A DNA stretch of 64,000 nucleotides. Origin: the human T2T-CHM13v2.0 reference genome, Homo sapiens. The notes beneath the pieces are model-generated. The model worked only from the letters and a program-made list of their open reading frames with translations. It did not search any database and was not told where the DNA came from. This document shows positions 34,023 through 54,813 of this stretch, piece after piece; position 1 is the stretch's first letter; the number at the start of each line of letters is the position of its first letter. The stretch lies in the NCBI RefSeq assembly GCF_009914755.1, contig NC_060933.1; one strand, given 5' to 3'. Made by a program: the position numbers and the translations under genes.

Positions 34023-37000
34023 TGGACAGGCTCTAGGATCTGGACTGGACTTGGACTTAGAATCTGGACTTGGACAACCTAAGGTCAGGTTCTGCCATGT
34101 ATTAAGCAATGTGGATAATAATGGCACCCACAGCTCACAAAATTGCATGTGAAAACACTTTGTAAACTATAAAGTATTTTGAGCCCTGGAGGGCAGTGGG
34201 ATGGGACCATCATGCCTCAGGCAGCTTCTCATCTCAGTGCCCAGCTCAAGACCTGGCACCCAGTAAATGTCCCATAAGTGTTTGCTGAGTGAATAGATAA
34301 ACAAGTGATTATCATCATCCTTTTAACTTGATCTCAGCTTTGCAGAATAAAAACAGGCAGATGCTGTTGGACCCTGATTCAGGTTTTGTGAGCTGAGGCC
34401 TCACAAATGAGCCTGCTTTTTTTTTTTTTTTTTTTTTTTTTCCTGTTAACGCTTTTGACGTTTTCATTTTAATATGTGAAACCTGGCTACTTGTCTCAGG
34501 GAGAGTTTATGGAAAAAAAGCTTCCAGCTGGCTTTGGGCAGCCCATAAAAATGTACTGAAATGTCTAACTTTGACCAGTTAGAAATTAGGAGCTGTTGGG
34601 GGATGCAGGCCGGTGACGCCACTCGCCCTGGTGAGGCCACTGAATTTCAGTAATTAGCTCTCTGGGCAGGAGGACTCGCTCCTAATTCCTTCCTGGTTCC
34701 GAGTCAAAGGATGAGGCCCTGAATCTGTTAAAGAGAAACCACAGCTTTCAGATAACAGACAAACACGTCTTTAACACACGCAATCTTTGATTCAAATGAT
34801 TTCAAAGGGCATGGGGGAGGGAAGGGTTTTTGTGAGCTTTAACCGAAGCCGCTCATCAGAATGTCAGCTCTCCAAATCCTATCCTTCCCTCAGCTCAAGT
34901 CTGACCTCCTCCAGGAAGCCCTCCTTGGTAACCCCAGCCCATCACAGGTTTGTTCATCCACACGACTCCTTGCTTTAAAACTCTCCAGAGGGTCTGCCTA
35001 ACTTCATGGTCAAGTTCAGTCTTCTTAGTTTGGCATACAAGGCCCTTTGTGATCTGACACCTTCTCACCTGTGTAGCCTCTTCTCCTACTCTCCACCCCC
35101 ACCCTTTAACCCAGGTGCGACAAACAACCTTCACCCCTCTCCCCGGAATTTGGGCCTCAGAGCCTTGGACTGTGTTTTTGCCTTGATGGGGATTTTCCTT
35201 CCCCTTCGTCATGTGGCTGGATGGTCCTTATTCCCAAAACTCACCCCAAGCCTCTCCTGCAGGGGTGGGGAGAGATTGAGCCCCCAGGGCTGGGTTAGGT
35301 ATCCCTGCTCATGCCCCAGAGCGCCTGGGTTTCTGCTCATCACACTTAGTGTAAGGATCCATTTACTCATCTGCCTCTCCCGCCCTCTTCCCTTCTCTCC
35401 CCTCCTCTCCCCTCCTTTCCCCTTCTTCTCCTCTCCTTCCCTCCCCTCCCCTCTCTGAGGAACTTGGTCCAGCTACAGTCAATATCTAGAGAAGGTATTG
35501 GCCTAGAGAACCTTGCTCAATCTTAAGCCCGCACACCTGCCGTACTTTGGGATCACCCCGGGAACCTTAACATGCTGATGCCTGTGTTCTTATCTTCAGA
35601 GACTCTGGTTTGATTGGCCTGGATGTGGCCTAGGCATGGGGTGAAGAGTGTGGGTTGAAAAGCTCCCCGGGTGGTTCAAGGTGCAGCCCAGGTGGAGCGC
35701 CACCATAATTTACAGCACACGACTCAAGACCCACCCAGCCACTTAGAGGAGCTGCACTCCAGGCACCTCGGGGAGTATAACCTTGAACTCGGAACCCCAC
35801 TATATTTGCCATATTTGTTGTGTTGAAAGAAAACTAGTCATCTGTTTATCTGAGTCAGTAGCATTGAGCAGCTGTATAGTCCCCCACAGGCCCCACCCAG
35901 TCTTCCGTGCTTGTTAGGAGAGACGGAAGCATCACAGTCACCTGGTAGAAGGATGCCTGTCTGAGCCCCACCCCAAATCCAAGGAGCCAGACCAGGGACC
36001 CTGTGCTATAAACAAGTCTCCTGGTGATCCTTCTGCACACAAATGTGCCAGGGCTCAAAACATCCTAAAACAGGCTGCAAACCCCTGACGCCTTGCAGAG
36101 CCAGGTAGGAAAGTTCAAAGCAAAGAAAGGCCTCCAGGGGACCATGCGGGGACTGGAAAACGACTGGCTCTAGCAAATTCTTGTCCTTTGGGAATGTGGG
36201 CCCCATGTTGTCAAGTCCCTCTTTTTTAAAAAGAGAATGCCAAAAATCTGAATTTTTAAAAAGGTGAAACTTGTTTAAAGCTGACAACTAATTCAAGCCA
36301 TTTAAGTACACAGCTCAGACCAAACAAAACTTACCTGGGACCTGAATTTAGCATCTATTACCAATGTTTGCGGCAAACCCCACACGTGGATGAAGCTAGA
36401 GGGTGGTGTGCTTGCCTGGCCTTGTCTCGGCTCTCTCTTTTTTGAGCTGTTTTCCTGCTATGGGACTTGGGCCAGCACGGAGTAGGAGTGGGGAGGCGGT
36501 GGGGAGCGGGTACAGGAAACGGCCCCTGAGACTTGTGCCGTACGTGCAATTGGGAGGCTGTTTGGGGACATTGTTCCTCACGTTTAACAGTGTTCTCTTC
36601 ATGCCAACTCTCTAAAAAAATACCTCTCAGGTCTCAGGGCCTAATAGAGTTTTGATTTGCCTCAGCAATGGTGTGCCAGTGTCTTATGGACACTGAATTG
36701 CGTGGGATCAAGTTTTAGCTGCTAGAAAGGTCAGAGGGCAATTTGTGGCCTGTCCCCATGGCATATAGGACCTCAAGGTCCACACTTGTATACCTGTCAT
36801 TCCTGGGTGCTTCTGACCTTTCCAACTTCTGTTTTTCATTTGATGCTTGTCACATGACCACTCCTGTAAAATTTTATGCTTGTATATCAAATAAAGAAGT
36901 TAAGTGCTTTCTGAAATAAGGCATGCTATAAATAAGCCCATAAAAATAGTAAGTGCTGAAAAAAAGGGTTATTGAATACATGACTACTTGAATGATTCAT

Positions 37001-38030
37001 TTTGTGGTTGCACACAGGGCCTTGCACAGAGCAGGTGTTCAGGAAATGAGGGCAGGATGGTAGAGTGGAAAGCAGCAGTTTAGAGATGGAAAGACAATAG
37101 CCCTGCCATTTCCTAGCGACTGGGACCTTAGCCAAGCTGACTAACCTCTCTTAGCCTCAGTTTCCTCGTCTGTACAATGGGGACAATCTCAGCGCCACCT
37201 TATCAGAGTTGCTGGGAGGATTGAGTAAGATGATGTAAAGTGCCTAGCATGTAACAGGCACTTAATAAGTGGCAGCTGTGATTATTTCAACACCAGAAAT
37301 ACCCTCATCTATGAATGTCATTGTTAAATGACTTAGTAAAGGCAGTAATGTGTGCAACATGAGTGAGGACGCTCTCCCTTTGCTCAAGCCAGCTAGAGTG
37401 TGACAGAGAAACCACATGGATTCACTGGGTCAATAAAATGGGGAGGCCTTCCAGAAGCTCTCGATTCCCTCAGCTCCTTGTCCCAGGTCTCTGCTCCCCT
37501 CCACACCAGGGCCCCTCTGATTATAGCAGTGATGGCAGGTGGCTCCCTGTCTGAGTGTGGCTGCCCCATCACTCCCCTCTCAGCATGCTTATGTGCTAAA
37601 GACCCTGTCCTGTCTGCCCCCGTCATCCAATCTCTAGCCCTAGCCCTGTACATTCCCTTTCTGGAAGCCTCTGGCAGTTTTCTGCAAGCTTCCCAGCCCT
37701 GACTGATCCCTCTCCTGGTCATCACTTAAGTGAGCAAATTCATCTTTGAACGGTTCCTTGACCTTTTGCTTGACAGATGCACGCATGCTTTAGAAAGCAC
37801 ACGTCATGCAGTGCACAGGAGGTGCACTCAGAGATGACTGAATGTAGTGTCTGGGGCTCACTCCCTCTGAGGGTTGGACACCAGGCAGACAGTCAGGAAA
37901 GCAACTCTCTAATACTGTTACGAGGGAGAAAATACATCATATAGATCCCTGCGATGGAAGGTGGTCTATGGTGAGTTGTAGGTTTCCCTAAGGGCCTAAA
38001 ATTTATTCATAAGAGGCACTGTTGCATAGG

Positions 38031-38213
38031 GCAGTGGTTCTCAAAGTGTAGCTCCAGACCTGGAGCATCAGCCTAGACTGGGAGCTCTTATAAATGCAAA
38101 ATCTCCAGCCTCACTCCAGAACTACTGACTCAAACCATGTGGGGCCCACCCAGCGCTCCCAGTTTTCACAAGCCCAGGGGTGATCCCATGCAGGGCCGGT
38201 TTTTGGACCACTG
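38031..38213. mobile_element. MER5A-like hAT relic
   Basis: cagtggttctcaaagtgt...aaatgcaaaatctcc...ttggaccactg. Confidence 0.7.
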
Positions 38214-38599
38214 GAATGGTGGATTCATTTGGAACCTGTCACCTCATCTGTCAACAGGGACGACCCTAATCATGGCAGTGGCTTCTGGAAGGGCCACGAG
38301 ATGAACGTGGGAAGCCTGCCTGGCACGTGGTTGGTGCTGAGCCACCGTCCCCTAAGACTGATCACCCACTACCTTTGGAGGGTCAGCTACCGCCTGGCGC
38401 TGTTCTCTGTCAGTCATGGAACCCAAGATAAGGGCTCCAGCAGAAAGGAGAAACAGGATGGAGGTCAGGGAAAGCTGATCTGAAACTTAGGCTAAGGCCC
38501 TGAATGCCAACCTTAGGACCTCTCTTTGCCTCTGTCTGCGGCGGAGACTCACATGTTTCCATTACTTTTCTGTAATACAACAAAGCAACGGAATCCTTG

Positions 38600-38990
38600 G
38601 GATTCTGGCCATCCCGGAGGTACCTCCCGGGTCCGTGGCGGGGCAAGCCCTTTTTCCACGACGCCTCCCACCCGCCTCGTCTGCTTTGGCCGCGCTCCCG
38701 CGAAGGCCGCGGCGGGAGGCCCCTGATAGGGCGCGCAGGCCCCGGCTGCCAAGAGAAGGCCGGGCGCGGGCCAGGAGCCGGCGCCTGCGAGCCAGGGCAG
38801 CCCCGCGCGTTTGGAATGCGAGCGCCGCTCAATGCGTTCCATATGGCGGCGGCGCGGGCCCACCCGGCCGCCCGCGGCTCCCCAGCCTCGCGCCCGCCCC
38901 GCGGGTTCTTGTCGATCTCCCGGACCCACCTGGGCGCTGGGATAGGGACCACGGATTACCAAGACCAGCATAGTGCAGGGCACGTAGGAG
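38600..38990. promoter_or_regulatory. Small CpG island, probable distal PHF19 promoter
   Basis: CpG-dense patch with a YY1-like ATGGCGGC at ~38843, and a donor CAG|GTGGGT at 38929 on the minus strand. Confidence 0.7.
38930..38971 (-). CDS. PHF19: Candidate alternative first coding exon of PHF19 (MLVLVIRGPYPSAQ)
   Basis: ATG at 38971, then 42 nt to a CAG|GT donor. In frame with the 15-nt leader of exon 2 (CQGKL), giving 599 aa. Confidence 0.65.
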
Positions 38991-39446
38991 GCATCCGGAG
39001 GCTTTGATGAATGAATGCTAAATACACGACTTCTGGTAGAAGGCGTCAGAGAGTCGACTCCTTAAATAACCCAGCACACAGTCCGCCAGCCTCGGCTCCA
39101 CCAAAAATCGATGGGAGCCTGCCATGGGCGAGGACCTTCTCTTGTATTTGTGTAATCCCAGTCCCAGATCCCCGACTGGTCAGGGACTTTGTTCTCCAGC
39201 TTTGCCCAAGATGACAGTTGGGCTCAGAGCTGGTGATGTGACTTGCCCAAAGTCACACAGGTAGCAAGTAGCACGTCGGGATTTGAATCCGGGTTAAAGG
39301 ACTCCACGTCCAGTGCTCTTTCTATCCAAACTCCAGAGGGAGGGGACCCTGCTGACACCTTAATCTACCCTGGCCTCCCTGGAGGCTTTTCTCATTGGAA
39401 TCCCAGAGTTACTAAGACTTATAAAGGATAGAACTGTCCCCTTAAT

Positions 39447-45646
<6,200 letters not shown>

Positions 45647-45765
45647 TAATGCCAGTCCCATCCCTGCCTCCTTGGGCCAAGCACTTGGCTTTTCTGGCCT
45701 TAGTTTCCTAATCTGTAAAAGAGGATTAAAGGGTGCTTGCCACACCGTTGAGGGAAGGGGTTGCA

Positions 45766-46441
45766 TGTAGCCCCTCGGACCCTTGGCTCATTTGGATTAG
45801 GAGTCACAGAAACCAAGTAAGGAGTGCACCTTATGGCCAGACCCAGGGAGCCGGCAGCACCTGGTATTCTAAGTGCACTTCAGGGGCTGTTAAGTGATGA
45901 GGATCAGATGTTCCTCCCATCCAGCAGGAAGCAGGGGAAGGTTCTGATGCCCCAGTCAAGTCTGACTGGCCGTTGGGGGCGAAAGGTGTGACTGAAGCAC
46001 TGACAAGGTGGGTGGAGGCACTAACCTGTAACACCTCCTCTGGCTTGGAAAGTTTTGCTTCATCAACTACAGCTGGAACCTCCGGGGGCAAGGCAGAAGG
46101 GCCAGAACAGGGAGGTCTTCTACTGAGGGGCTGTCATCGATGTCCTGAGACATTTGTGGAGCTTCTGGTATACACAGTGCAGACAGTTTCCCCTGAGAAG
46201 CTGATTGTCTAAAAGTGACACAAACCCTCTTCCCTGCCACGTGCCCCCGAAAAGCCCATCAGAAACCTGAATGGCTTCCCGTTGCCAACTGAAGCATCCT
46301 CACCCTGTACATTAGAACCCCCTGCGGAGACTTCATCCTGATGCTCAGGCTTTATCACTTACGGGGGTGAGATTCTGTCACTGGTGTTTTAAAAATCTCC
46401 CCAGCACCTTCGGGAACTGCTGGGGGTGGGGGACCTACTGA
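45766..46441 (+). repeat. ~680-bp direct repeat, copy A (downstream of TRAF1)
   Basis: Colinear with 49473-50155. The ORF track shows near-identical peptides 3711 nt apart. Confidence 0.95.
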
Positions 46442-46529
46442 ATCCACCCAGTGAAACGGTGGCTTTGCCTGCATCTTGCCTCCCCCACCCTTGAATCACC
46501 TGTAAAAGATGCAATGTCACATCTTTGAT

Positions 46530-49154
46530 GCACTTAACATAGAGCTTTGTTGGAAAAGAAATCATTCAGTGTCTTAAATTATCATCTCATCCTGCTTTCA
46601 ATAGGCCCAGGGTTACCAGCAGGTGCTCTGTGGGCAGGGCGGGGGGTGGGGGGGGGGGCGGTGGGCACTGCTGCATCTGATGCTGTCTACACTCCAGTTC
46701 ATCTGACCCTTCTGACTCCCTCCCCCATCCTGCCACACAGACCCTGCCCTCAGCCAAGACAGCTCTCCGTTTTCAAGTCGGTACTCTTCCCTTTCCCCAT
46801 CCTCTGCATTTCACAATATTCTCAGGCTGAGCTTAAAGGCCTGAAGCCTTCCCTCCTTCACCAGCTGGATCTGGGATTCTGTGCTTTCTCTAAGCTTCTC
46901 CTACTCTCAATCATAATGATCTACTTATCTGCTCATTTCCTCCACTGAACTAAGAGTTTCTTGAGTCCAGAGTGCACATCTTGCCTTTCTCCCTTCAATG
47001 TCGAACACAGTTAACAGGTGCAGGTGTCAATGAAGCTTTGCTGAAAGAATGGCTGCATCTCATGCTCTTTGAAGAGAGTATGTATCTCTTGCCATCAGAA
47101 ATAGGCAATCAAAAGTGTAGAGTAACAGCTGTTTCTCATGGGGGCTTGTTCTACAAATCCCCCCTTGGGCTCAACACTCGGTGAGTAGGGATCAAGAGGT
47201 TATTGCTAGGACATCAGTTTCAGGGCCTAGACCCATCACTCGCTAGGCCAGACCTTCATGTGTGACATCCAGCTGTCAGCAGGAAGAAGTCAGTCTCCAC
47301 TGCCTCCACAGTCTCCGCTGCCACGCTGTCAGCCGTGGGAACAATAAAAAGCAGCCCCAGAATGTTTGCTGCTGTCGTGCATGGACGACACCATTGCACA
47401 TAAAAGCACTAGTGCTCCATTATTGCAGTTGGGCCTCCTGAAAACCCCTAGAGCTGGAGAGGGCAAGGGAGAGGCTTCCTCTGATCTTCAGCTGAAGGAC
47501 TAAGCATGACAGGATGCCAGGCTTAGAGCCCAGCTGGCCTGGGTTTCTGACCCATTGAGACTGCCGTGCCACGATGCTCCGTCACCTCCTTTGATCCTCC
47601 TGTATGCTGGGCTGGAGAGAACAGGAAGGGCTACTGACCCATTTTTATAGAAGCAACCCTAACGATTTGAGCAATGGAGTCTGGCACAGGCTCAGCAGGT
47701 GGAGGAAGAGTAAGCTGTCAGGAAAGCAGCAGGGGAGAGTAGTAGGGTCCTGACTTGTCTCAGGGTCTTTGGAAAGTTGGGTGTGGCCTCCAAGGTGAGA
47801 AGATAGGTGTGGGCCACCACCAGGCCATGACAGGCGGGCAGTATTGCCCAGGCTTCTCTCTCCAGTCTGTCCTGCGTGGCATCTCCTTTGAGGGTCAGAG
47901 AAGCCAGGGAGGGAGGCAAGCTGGGGTGGGTCTCATTATAGAAAAGAGAAGACTGGGGCTAAGAGGGGATGTTCCTGCCAGCATGCCAGCCTCTGATGCC
48001 ACCTGCAAAACTGGTGGCACCACCTCAAACTCAGCAATGGCCTTTTCAAACCTGGCTCAGTACAAACAACTCCCAAACCATACACTTTAGGAAAACTTCG
48101 AAAGAGATTCTAAAAATTATTTCTTTGGGGTTATACATTGCTCAGTGGCTTGGAGGTCCTGATCAGTCTGCTGAAAGAAGTGGATGCCTCAGTTAATCAG
48201 GTGTTACGGGATTCTGGAAAGCACCAAAGGTGGGGCCTCTAGGCAGGAAGAGGAAAGTTTATGCCCCTCTTCTTCTTGAGGTGCCTCTGGCTGCACCTGG
48301 GAGCTCACAGTGACTGGGTTTCACCTGCATGAAGTGACGTGGTGTTTAGCTGATGGAGGCACAGGATGTGGGGGCTGGGTGTGCTCCTGCGTGTTGGGGA
48401 AGCTGAGCTGCCAGGCCCAGGGTGGCAGGTGCCCTGTGGACCAGGTCAGTCCAGTGGGGGTTACTGAAGGTGAGTGAGGAGCTGGGAGGACAGGAAGCTC
48501 CTGAATGTTTCCAGAACCCCTGTAGCTCTAGGACTCACCTGGGCCAGGAGGCCTAGAATGAGAGACTTTCTGGGCTGGAAGGAAACTTAAAAGTCTTCAA
48601 ATCCAACCCCCAATTTGAAGTCCTAGTGGAGCCGTCTGGGTTTGCTTGTTCACCTCCAATGACGAGCCTGGACAGACTGCATTCAAACTGGCACCCCATC
48701 CCTTCCACCCGGTCCTGTTTCTGACCCTGGAGAAAAAGAGAGCAGGCCTGTGTCCAGGTCTCCCTGGCGGCCCTGCAGAGATCTTCCTAGCCCGAGAGCT
48801 TCTCTGCTTGGGTCCTACGGTTCCAAGCCTGGTTCCATTTTCTTCTCATTTGGTGAGAGTCCACCTCAACATTCGGGGCCGGAGTGGCTCACTGGCCTCC
48901 CAGTGTCGCATGGTCCGTGCAGAGGGGAGCAGCTCTGCCTGTCTCCTTCTGGACCCTTTGCCTTTGTGGGCCCAGCCCACGTCCTGCCATCCTAACCAGA
49001 TGGCCAGCCCGAAGTCGACCCCTCAGTCTTGCTTGGATCATGCCAGCCTTCACCCATCTTTGTGCCCTGAGGTCTTGGGTGCCAAGGGCAGGGCATCACA
49101 GTCCTCTGGCTAGCTCCCTTCTGAGTTGGAGCTCCCTCAGGAGCCCCGCCCACC
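46530..49154 (-). other. TRAF1: TRAF1 3' UTR (distal end approximate)
   Basis: Repeat-poor sequence after the TAG at 49155-49157. The end is inferred from a variant AACAAA hexamer at 46546-46551 and the recalled gene extent. Confidence 0.6.
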
Positions 49155-49373
49155 CTAAGTGCTGGTCTCCACAATGCACTTGAGGAACATTGTGTCGTCC
49201 TTCACGTAGGCGTGCTTGGGTGACTGCAGTTTGCTGAGGGGGAAGAAGAGTGGGCATCCACTGGCCACGTTGGTTTCACTCTGGGGCCTCTGGAAGGACG
49301 CTGAGCTTAGGTCAGGCCGGAAGGCGTCAATGGCGTGCTCACGGTTGTTCTGGTCCAGCAGCATGAAGGTGAC
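49155..49373 (-). CDS. TRAF1: TRAF1 terminal coding exon (exon 8), C-terminal MATH/TRAF-C
   Basis: Acceptor cttccctgcAG. Encodes VTFMLLDQNNREHAIDAFRPDLSSASFQRPQSETNVASGCPLF...CIVETST*. Confidence 0.97.
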   Translation of the reverse strand, partial: VTFMLLDQNNREHAIDAFRPDLSSASFQRPQSETNVASGCPLFFPLSKLQSPKHAYVKDDTMFLKCIVETST

Positions 49374-49472
49374 CTGCAGGGAAGGGATAGGTGGGAGATC
49401 AGGCCCTACAGCAGCAGCGCAGCTTGGAGGCCCAGGCTTGGGCTCAGAGCTGTGCTCCACACCTACTGCCTG

Positions 49473-50155
49473 TGCAGCCCCTCAGACCCTTGGCTCATTT
49501 GGATTAGGAGTCAGAGAAACCAAGTAAGGAGCGCACCTGGCGTATGGCCAGACCCAGGGAGTCAGCGGCACCTGGTATTCTGAGTGCACTTCAGGGGCTG
49601 TTCCATGATGAGGATCAGATGTTCCCTCCAGCCAGCAGGAAGCAGGGGAAGGTTCTGATGCCCCAGTCAAGTCTGACTGGCTGTTGGGGGCAGAGGGTGT
49701 GACTGAAGCACTGACAAGGTGGGTGGAGGCAATAACCTGTAACACCCCCTCTGGCTTGGAAAGTTTTGCTTCATCAACTACAGCTGGAACCTCCTGGGGC
49801 AAGGCAGAAGGGCCAGAACAGAGAGGTCTTCTACTGAGGGGCTGTCATCGATGTCCTGAGACATTTGTGGAGCTTCTGGTATACACAGCGCAGACGGAGG
49901 TTCCCCTGAGAAGCCGATTGTCTAAAAGTGACACAAACCCTCTTCCCTGGCACATGCCCCTGAAATGTCCATCAGGAAGCTGAATGGCTTCCCGTTGCCA
50001 ACTGAAGCATCCTCACCCTGCACATTAGGACCCCCTGCGGAGACTTCATCCTGATTCTCAGGCCTTATCACTTACGGGGGTGAGATTCTGTCACTGGTGT
50101 TTTAAAAATCTCCCCAGCACCTTTGGGAACTGCCGGGGGTAGGAGAACCTACTGA
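49473..50155 (+). repeat. ~680-bp direct repeat, copy B (TRAF1 intron 7)
   Basis: Colinear with 45766-46441. Confidence 0.95.
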
Positions 50156-50307
50156 CTCACATCCAGACCAAAGCGGCACACCCGCCCTGCCCCACCTGTT
50201 TCCCCAGACCTGAGGTCTCTATTCTTGACACCCTCCCCTCATGCAATGCTGCTGTTCACCCACAGGAAATGCCTATCCCCCAAACCCCTCTATAAGAATT
50301 ATGGTGT

Positions 50308-51830
<1,523 letters not shown>

Positions 51831-52039
51831 CCTCCTTCCTTTTTCCTGAAAATTCTGCTAGTTCAGGCTAGCCTCACGGCACCTCCTCCCAGAAGTTTTC
51901 CTTATTTACCCCACGATGTGAAGGAGGAAGAAGAGTGGGCAGCCACTGGCCATTCATTCCATCCCTCCCTCCCTCTTTCCTTCCCTTCCTTTCTTCCTTC
52001 CGTTCCTCCATTTCTTTCTTTCTCTCTCTCTCTCCTCTT

Positions 52040-53116
<1,077 letters not shown>

Positions 53117-53349
53117 TGAATTTTATTTCTATATAACCTTCAGGAAGATTCCAGACATTTTAGCTCCTGGACTCATGGAGCTGGAGGGAGCCCTAGTTAC
53201 TAGATCTGATTGTTTTATAAAAAGGGAAACTGATAACACAGAGAGGGTGGGGGACTTGCCAGGTCACATGGCCAATTCATTGCCAAACCAGGACTAGGAC
53301 TCAGGCTTCCATGCTCCCCACCTTACCCCCATCACCTTCACACCCATAC

Positions 53350-53498
53350 CTTGTTCCGGAAAGGCCACGGCAGCAGCGCATCATACTCCCCTCTCATGAT
53401 CACGATGAAGAGCGACAGATGGGTTCTCTTTCCAGTGCCATCTCCATTCAGGTACAGCCGCAGGCACAACTTGTAGCCATACTTGGCAGTGTAGAAGG
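53350..53498 (-). CDS. TRAF1: TRAF1 exon 7 (MATH)
   Basis: 149 nt, AG/GT. Encodes AFYTAKYGYKLCLRLYLNGDGTGKRTHLSLFIVIMRGEYDALLPWPFRNK. Confidence 0.97.
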
Positions 53499-53978
53499 CT
53501 GAAACGCAGAAGCCAGAGGCAGTTGGGAAGTGCTGGACTTTGCAGATGTGGGACTGGGATCCAGTGGTCAGGCATGCCCAAGGTCAGCGGCTCAAAACCA
53601 TGAAAGATGGGGTTAGAACCCAGCATTCTTCTCGAGTAGGGTGTCAGACAGGAATGGGCTCTTGGGGGTCATCTAGCTCAGTGTTTGTCAGCTGGCCATC
53701 CAAGTCATACACTGCCGGGCCCCACCCTCAGAGTTTCTCACTCAGTGACCCTGGGGTGAGAACTGAGAGTTGGCACTTCCAGCAAGTTTGCAGGGGTTGC
53801 CAATGCCACTGGTCCTAGGACCACACTCTGAGAACCACTGATCTAACCAACCTATGTTTTACAGTCTGGAAACCAAGCTGAGAAAAACAAAGTGGCTGGT
53901 CACCATCTCACGGTATGTTGGGGACCCAGCAAGAATGAGGGGCCAGGCTTCCTGCCTCCCAGCAGCAGTTTCTTTCTG

Positions 53979-54109
53979 CTGCCCTATGCCAACTGGCTGG
54001 GGTCCCCTGGAGGCTGAGGGTACATGGGGTGACTCACAGTTCTGCCCTATGCCAACTGGCTGGGGTCCCCTGGAGGCTGGGGGTACATGGGGTGACTCGC
54101 AGTTCTGCC
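53979..54109. repeat. 63-bp tandem duplication (2 copies + partial)
   Basis: Units start at 53979 and 54042; 2 substitutions. Confidence 0.95.
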
Positions 54110-54532
54110 AGCCATTCTCAGGTGGCAAAACCCTTTGAGGGCTGAATCATACCTGGTGAACATGCACAGAAACCCCCTGGGCAGCTAAAGGGGCCATCCC
54201 ATGAGAGCATGTCCTCTGGCAGAGCGCCCTTCTGGGAGAGGCTGACTGGGGACATGAATTGGGGGCAGGCAGGAAGAGGGTGGAGGAGGGACAGGCTGGC
54301 AGTCTGACTCATCTTTGCCCATTACGTTTTGGTAGAACAGGAAGCACGAGGTACTGCTTGCTTTTTCCCTCTTTGAAAAGAATTGAGGGAAAAAGGTCTA
54401 CAAGTAGGGCTCGAGGCCACCCCATGAAGAGAGCTGTCCCAACACAGTGGGATGAGCGCTACTCCTGCAGGAAAGGAGTCCCAGCCCTGCTCTGGGATTG
54501 TGACACACTCCGCTGCCTCGTTAAAAAAAAAT

Positions 54533-54813
54533 TGTTTTTTGAGAGGGTCTTGCTTTGTTGCCTGGACTGGAGTTCAGTGGCACCATCATAGCTCACTGCA
54601 GACTCAAACTCCTTAAGCTATCCTCCCATCTCAGCCTCTCAAGTAGCTAGGACCACAGGTGCAGGCCACCATGCCTGGCTAATTTAAAAAAAATTTTGTG
54701 GAGATGGGATCTTGTTACGTTGCCCAGGCTGGTCTTGAACTCCTGGCCTCAAATGATCCTCTTGCCTCAGCCTCCCAAAGTGTTAGGATTATAGACATGA
54801 GCCACTGCACGCA
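54533..54813 (-). mobile_element. AluJ-like
   Basis: Diverged Alu consensus match. Confidence 0.9.

Noticed and set aside
45973-49983. Near-identical peptides at 45973-46212 and 49684-49983 suggesting a duplicated small gene
   Set aside because: The similarity follows from the DNA duplication. Starts are TTG, an indel shifts the frame between copies, and there is no sign of codon-level constraint.
45766-50155. Direct repeats read as LTRs of an endogenous retrovirus
   Set aside because: No clear TG...CA termini, TSD, PBS or gag/pol; the interior is the conserved TRAF1 last exon.
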